Assembly (NCBI GenBank): GCA_035388825.1
Contig: DAOOQQ010000019.1
Location: forward strand, 225-64,224
Reading direction: 5' to 3'
Length of the DNA stretch: 64,000 nucleotides
Origin: Candidatus Ozemobacteraceae bacterium
GTDB lineage: Bacteria; Muiribacteriota; Ozemobacteria; Ozemobacterales; Ozemobacteraceae
Positions 59,720 to 64,000 of this stretch are shown piece by piece. Made by a program: the position numbers and the translations under genes. How positions within the stretch are numbered: the stretch's first letter is position 1; each line of letters opens with the position of its first letter. The notes below the pieces were generated by a model. The model was not told the origin of the DNA and ran no database searches. It saw nothing but the letters and a program-made list of their open reading frames with translations.

Positions 59720-61255
59720 TCAGAAGCTGAGTTCGACTTTTTTCATGATCGATCCGAGCGCGCGGAAGGAGTTGAGCTGGCCGACGGCGTTGCGAGAGCT
59801 CGTCGTGTCGAGCCCCACCCATTTCCCGTCGACGTAGGCATAGGCCCACACGTGGCCGCCCCGCAAGCCGCTGCGCCAGACGCAGGAGGTGCAGTGGCCA
59901 TACTGGGCCGGAATGCCGCAGGCCCGCAGGAGGCTGACGAGCACGTGCGCCTGGTCGGTGCAGTTGCCGCTCATGGACGAAAGGGTTCCGAGTGCGCCTT
60001 TCCGGGTGTTGGCGTAATACTGGTAGGTGATCTTCCTGCCGAAATTGAAGATGTTTCGCACCGTTTCCATCGCCGTCTTCCCCTTCAGTTGCTTCGCCTT
60101 GGCGACGATGGTCGCATTGTTCGCCGGCGACCCCTTCGACGAGGCAAGGTATTTCTCATACCCTGCCGGCGCCCAGGACGTCTTGCCCGGTTGGGACGAA
60201 GCCTGGGTCGAAGGCGTCGGAGTGCCCGCCGATGCTGCGATGCTTCCGGTGCCGATGAGCTTCGCGCAGAGAGCCTGGTCGGCCACGCCGGTGACCGGAA
60301 GACCGTGATCACGCTGGTATTCCATGACGCCCAGCTTGGTGTAGGGCCCGAACCAGCCGTCGACACGGCAGTTGCGCCGTTTGCCGGTGTTGTCGAGATA
60401 GTAATAGTAGCCCGCCTTGATCAGCGCGCTCTGCAGGGCGGCCACTCGGGCCGAGGATTGCGAGGTGTCGTTCTTCGCCGTGCTGACGAGAGCCTCTTCC
60501 CCCGCGGATTCGCTCTTCGAGCCGGACGAACTCGCCATCCCGCCACGGCCGACGATCTCGGCGATCTGCTTCGCGAGGATCGGCACCCGCTTCGGGTTGT
60601 TACAGGGCTTCGTATGCTCGGGAGACTCGGCGACGAACATTCCATTCGATGTGATATAATCATAGGGGTTCTCGAGCCCCTTGAAGGATGCGCCGGAGAA
60701 GTTGTCGTCCCAGGCTTTGGGGAGAAACTTCATGCCCTTCAACTGGTAGGGGGAGAGGTTCAGGAAGATGAGCCCCTTGATCCGGTTCTTCGTCCAATAG
60801 CTGCGAAGATACCCCTTCTTTCCCAGGGCCATGTCGCGGAACGTTCCCGCGCAGACGCCTGAGGCGGCGGTCACGAGCCAGTGATCCGGAGGCATGTTCT
60901 TGATGGACAGCACGTGGTCGTTCGGCCCGCTGCAGTAGGGCGAGATGATGACGGTGATGCCGTATTTTTCCAGTTCGGCCTTGAACAGCTTCATCAGCGC
61001 CATATCCTTGGATTTGGTGACGAGGCCGTCGGTGTTGAGATACACCCTCGCCGAGGTCTCCTGGGAGGCGTTCGACGGGGCCGCGGACGTCACGCCGGTG
61101 ATCGGATGCTTGGAGAGCACGTCGGCGGCCGATCCCGCCAGGCAGGTGCCGGTTCCGAACAGGCACGATACGGCCAGCAGGATGATCATGAACGATCGCA
61201 AGAGCGCATTCATAAGCTTCTCCCGAAAATGGATTTCATCGATGGTGTTCATCAC
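59720..61255 (-). CDS. Secreted transglutaminase-like cysteine protease domain protein with a peptidoglycan-binding domain
   Basis: C-terminal transglutaminase core (GNCTDQAHVLVSLLRACGIPAQYGHC...GHVWAYAYVDGKWVGLDTT: Cys, His and Asp); central PG_binding_1-like segment (LQSALIKAGYYYYLDNTG...DGWFGPYTKLGVMEYQRDHGLPVTGVAD); likely true start at ATG 61213 (MNALLRSFMIILLAVSCLFG signal peptide). Confidence 0.55.
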   Translation of the reverse strand: MMNTIDEIHFREKLMNALLRSFMIILLAVSCLFGTGTCLAGSAADVLSKHPITGVTSAAPSNASQETSARVYLNTDGLVTKSKDMALMKLFKAELEKYGITVIISPYCSGPNDHVLSIKNMPPDHWLVTAASGVCAGTFRDMALGKKGYLRSYWTKNRIKGLIFLNLSPYQLKGMKFLPKAWDDNFSGASFKGLENPYDYITSNGMFVAESPEHTKPCNNPKRVPILAKQIAEIVGRGGMASSSGSKSESAGEEALVSTAKNDTSQSSARVAALQSALIKAGYYYYLDNTGKRRNCRVDGWFGPYTKLGVMEYQRDHGLPVTGVADQALCAKLIGTGSIAASAGTPTPSTQASSQPGKTSWAPAGYEKYLASSKGSPANNATIVAKAKQLKGKTAMETVRNIFNFGRKITYQYYANTRKGALGTLSSMSGNCTDQAHVLVSLLRACGIPAQYGHCTSCVWRSGLRGGHVWAYAYVDGKWVGLDTTSSRNAVGQLNSFRALGSIMKKVELSF

Positions 61256-61288
61256 GATATTCGCACGGACCGAACGATGGTTACAGAA

Positions 61289-62092
61289 CTATTCGAGAAA
61301 CAGTTCCGGCGAGAGAACCTGGCCGTTCGGGGGCGGCACGTTTTCGAGGCTGTGAATCTCGCGGAACGTGCATCTGGCCGGGGCTTCGGGGTCGCGCATC
61401 AGGATCAGGCCGAAGTCCTCCCATTTCCCGGTGCGGTGATAGGCTTCGAAGATCGTGCGCAGGATGTCGGTGACGTCGAGCTCGACCTCGGCGGCCCCCT
61501 TCCGGGGAAGGGTCCCCCAGGCGCGGGGCTGGTAGAAATAATCGCCGCCGGCGTTTGCCCAGGGGAGTTCGCCCGTCGCCATCGTCCAACTGCAGCCGCG
61601 CTCGTGCCGGGTGTTTCGGCCGCGCGAGCCGGTGCCCTCCTCGAAGGGGCGCGCCAAGGCAAACGCCACGAGCGGGACATCCTCGCGGGCATCCCCGTCG
61701 GCAAAGACGCGCAGAACGAGCGTGGCCCGGCCGGGAGTCCAGGCGGCGGGATCGATCCCCGCTTCCAGACAGGCTTCGGGAATGTCGAACCGTACGAGAT
61801 ACCGGAGGCCGGTCACCGTATACCAGGATCCGATCGGTCCGCGGAACTGGCCGCCGGCATTCGCGGCCGACCGCCGGTTGGGGGAGGCATCGTTGGGCCC
61901 CCGGATGAACGCATCCCGGCCCCGTCGCACGACGACCTTCGCAGGCCGCGACCGGCCCGGAACGGCAGGCCAGCCGATCGACCTCAGACAGGACGGGCAG
62001 ATCACCGCCGCATCGGGAACCGCCAGGGTGCAGGCCGGACACGGCTTCGCCGTCGCGGGAGAAACGGCCGCGATGATATATAATAATATCAA
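61289..62092 (-). CDS. Secreted protein of unknown function (start uncertain)
   Basis: Frame with a good coding C-terminus (…WEDFGLILMRDPEAP…); a TTG at 62092 would give the signal-like N-terminus MILLYIIAAVSPATA; the overlapping Arg-rich frame 61281..62108 is rejected as a GC artefact. Confidence 0.35.
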   Translation of the reverse strand: MILLYIIAAVSPATAKPCPACTLAVPDAAVICPSCLRSIGWPAVPGRSRPAKVVVRRGRDAFIRGPNDASPNRRSAANAGGQFRGPIGSWYTVTGLRYLVRFDIPEACLEAGIDPAAWTPGRATLVLRVFADGDAREDVPLVAFALARPFEEGTGSRGRNTRHERGCSWTMATGELPWANAGGDYFYQPRAWGTLPRKGAAEVELDVTDILRTIFEAYHRTGKWEDFGLILMRDPEAPARCTFREIHSLENVPPPNGQVLSPELFLE

Positions 62093-62243
62093 TAATACGA
62101 TGTCGCATGCGAGATGACCGCGAAACCCGGATGCCTGGCTTTCCGGTCCCCGGGCGGGGGCCGGGCCATGGCCGGAGGGTCGCGGCGTGTCAGCGTTCAT
62201 CGTGGCTGTCGGGCAGTGTGCGGCAACGTGGCCGGTCGGCGGC

Positions 62244-63965
62244 TCAGGAGCCCCCGAGCAGTTGTTTCGACTCGACGCGGATCTTGTCGAGCATTTTCGC
62301 GGCATACAGGCCGTGCTGGCTGCGCGGATCGACGGCCTTGGCGATCGTCTGGAACGTCTCGAGCGCTTCCTTGTAGGCGCGGCGCCGGTAATACACCATT
62401 CCGAGGTTCAACCGGAGCGTGATGTCGCGCGGCTCGACCTGGACGGCCGCGACGTAGGCCTTGGTCGCGTCGATCAGCTTCCCGGTCTTGTAATACAGGT
62501 TGCCGAGGGCCGAATACACATACGCGGCGCGCGGATTGATCTTGAGCGCCGCCTTCAGTTCCCGTTCGCCGTCGGCCATGGCGCCGAGCCGCATCTGGCG
62601 CATGCCTTCCTGGAAATGCGACTGGAACGCCTCCTGTTTGCGTCGCGTCGCCGTGAGCAGCTCCTCCATGCGACGGAACTCCTCGGCCGGCATGATCGCC
62701 TTGAGGGCGGCGAGCGCTTCGCGGCCGATCAGCGGGTCGGTGTCGCGCAGCGTCTCGAGCAGCGGGGCCTGGGCCGACGGGGCCTGGAGCCGGCCCAGCG
62801 CGCGGATCGCAGCGCGCCGCTCCTCCCAGGGGTGAATGGGCTTCACCAGCTCGATCAGCTCGGGCACGATCGCCTGCTGGCCGATCGCGGCGAAGGCGTC
62901 GATGTAGGCCGTCCGGGTCTCGATGTCGGTTTCCCGGTCGAACCGGTCCCGGAGCGCCTTGTAACTGTCGGGATGGCGGATCTCCCCGATGGCGCGGATG
63001 ACGGGGAGTTTCAGGTCCAGCGCCTCCTCGTCCATCATCCGGAGCAGGTCGGGCACCGCGCGACGGGCGCGCATCGTGCCGAGGGTCTGGATGGCCTGGG
63101 CCTTGACGGTCCACGATTCCCGCTGCAGGGCCATGATGAGGCCGGGAACGGCCCGATCGTCGCCGATGCGGCCGAGCGCTTTGCAGGCGGCCAGGGCGAG
63201 ATCCTCGTCGTCGTCGTCCAGCGCTTCCAGGAGCGGTTCGACAGCCGACGATGCGGCAAGGATGCCCAGGGTTTCGGCCGCCGCGATGCGGGCCGGCCAG
63301 TGTTCGTCCTTCAGGTGCGGTATGACGATCTCGGCGTCCTCGGGCCGGCCGATCTGGCCGATCACGTGGATGGCCTGCCGGCGCACCTCGTTGGCCTTGC
63401 TTTCGAGAAGCTGGATGACGGGTTTGCGCGAAGCCGTCGGGAAGCCCTCGAGCACCCGCCGGATCCAGTAGCTGAAATGCTCGTCGAACTTTCCCAGGGC
63501 ATGGCACAGCCGTGGAACGACGGCCTCGGCCGGCATCTGCCGCAGCGTCTGCACGACGCTTTCCAGCAGCCGCCGCTTGTCGCTCTTGAATAGCGCGAGC
63601 AGATCGTCGAGGATGCCCGTGCCGTAGTTTGCCAGCGCTTTCTGCGCCGAGTTCCGGATCGCTTCGGAGGGATCCTCGAGGGCACGGAACAATAATGGAA
63701 GAGATATATTCGATCCTATTTTGCCGAGCGCCTGAAGGACCCAGTACCGGACCTCCGAATCGCCCTCGGCGGCCAGCCCCGTCAGCTCGACGAGCGCCTC
63801 ATCGCCGAAGGTGCTCAGGACCTCCGAGGCGGTTTTCCGGATCGTCCAGGAGCGGTCGCGCAGCAGCTTCACGATCTCGGGGAAGATGCCGGCCGGCCGG
63901 ATATCGCCCAGGGCGCGCAGGGCCCAGTATCGCACATCCTCTTCGACCGAGCCGAGAGCGCTCAA
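62244..63965 (-). CDS. HEAT-repeat protein with C-terminal TPR repeats (possibly N-terminally incomplete at the window edge)
   Basis: Many PBS-lyase-type HEAT units (VRxxAxxALGxIG...) followed by TPR-like YYKTGKLIDATKAYVAAVQVEP; the ORF reaches within 35 nt of the window end. Confidence 0.6.
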   Translation of the reverse strand: MSALGSVEEDVRYWALRALGDIRPAGIFPEIVKLLRDRSWTIRKTASEVLSTFGDEALVELTGLAAEGDSEVRYWVLQALGKIGSNISLPLLFRALEDPSEAIRNSAQKALANYGTGILDDLLALFKSDKRRLLESVVQTLRQMPAEAVVPRLCHALGKFDEHFSYWIRRVLEGFPTASRKPVIQLLESKANEVRRQAIHVIGQIGRPEDAEIVIPHLKDEHWPARIAAAETLGILAASSAVEPLLEALDDDDEDLALAACKALGRIGDDRAVPGLIMALQRESWTVKAQAIQTLGTMRARRAVPDLLRMMDEEALDLKLPVIRAIGEIRHPDSYKALRDRFDRETDIETRTAYIDAFAAIGQQAIVPELIELVKPIHPWEERRAAIRALGRLQAPSAQAPLLETLRDTDPLIGREALAALKAIMPAEEFRRMEELLTATRRKQEAFQSHFQEGMRQMRLGAMADGERELKAALKINPRAAYVYSALGNLYYKTGKLIDATKAYVAAVQVEPRDITLRLNLGMVYYRRRAYKEALETFQTIAKAVDPRSQHGLYAAKMLDKIRVESKQLLGGS

Positions 63966-64000
63966 TAGCGCCTGGACCGCCGGCGTGCCGCAGGCGATCA

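Noticed and set aside
61281-62108. 275-aa minus-strand ORF beginning MRHRIIDIII
   Set aside because: Arg/Pro/Gly-rich product with no domain signal. The overlapping frame 61289..62305 has a plausible coding C-terminus and was preferred, though with an uncertain start.

Overview
This is a high-GC (about 65%) bacterial chromosomal window, densely coding on both strands. No transposase, integrase, phage or CRISPR genes were seen. Housekeeping core: (1) hprK, a YvcK-like gene and whiA, followed by hpf-ptsN and secA. (2) prfB carrying the classic programmed +1 frameshift (CUU UGA C), embedded in a cluster of prepilin-type genes. (3) cysS-mrnC-rlmB. (4) tRNA-Thr(UGU), tRNA-Tyr, tRNA-Thr(GGU), tuf, rpmG, tRNA-Trp, secE-nusG-rplK-rplA-rplJ-rplL, with no rpoBC downstream. 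(5) secG-eno. (6) Two tandem Hsp20 genes. Accessory content: an Fe3+/thiamine-type ABC importer; a BtuFDC-like ABC importer behind a probable cobalamin riboswitch; agmatinase; a prepilin peptidase; a LigT-like 2H phosphoesterase; a LarE-like PP-loop enzyme; an ECF sigma factor with a FecR-like anti-sigma factor and an EEP-family enzyme; an OmpA-like protein; a second pseudopilin cluster; and a transglutaminase/peptidoglycan-binding protein. Two things stand out. First, a 1728-aa secreted giant protein has three tandem ~120-aa domains carrying the Thr-Gln ester-bond HxDxxDxxQ signature. That is a Gram-positive-type cross-linked adhesin stalk, here in a genome that also encodes OmpA-like and probable outer-membrane beta-barrel proteins. 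It sits in an apparent operon with a small secreted protein and a 718-aa beta-rich protein. Second, at least five intergenic copies of a composite palindromic, MITE-like repeat family are present. Each is built from tandem CGCAGATGA and CACAGAGA sub-repeats in direct and inverted orientation, and one copy lies directly after rplL. The gene linkages (hprK, yvcK, whiA, cysS-mrnC-rlmB) are Firmicutes-like, but the genome also encodes OmpA and many prepilin-type proteins. This fits a deep-branching diderm lineage such as Armatimonadota-like, but that is inference only.
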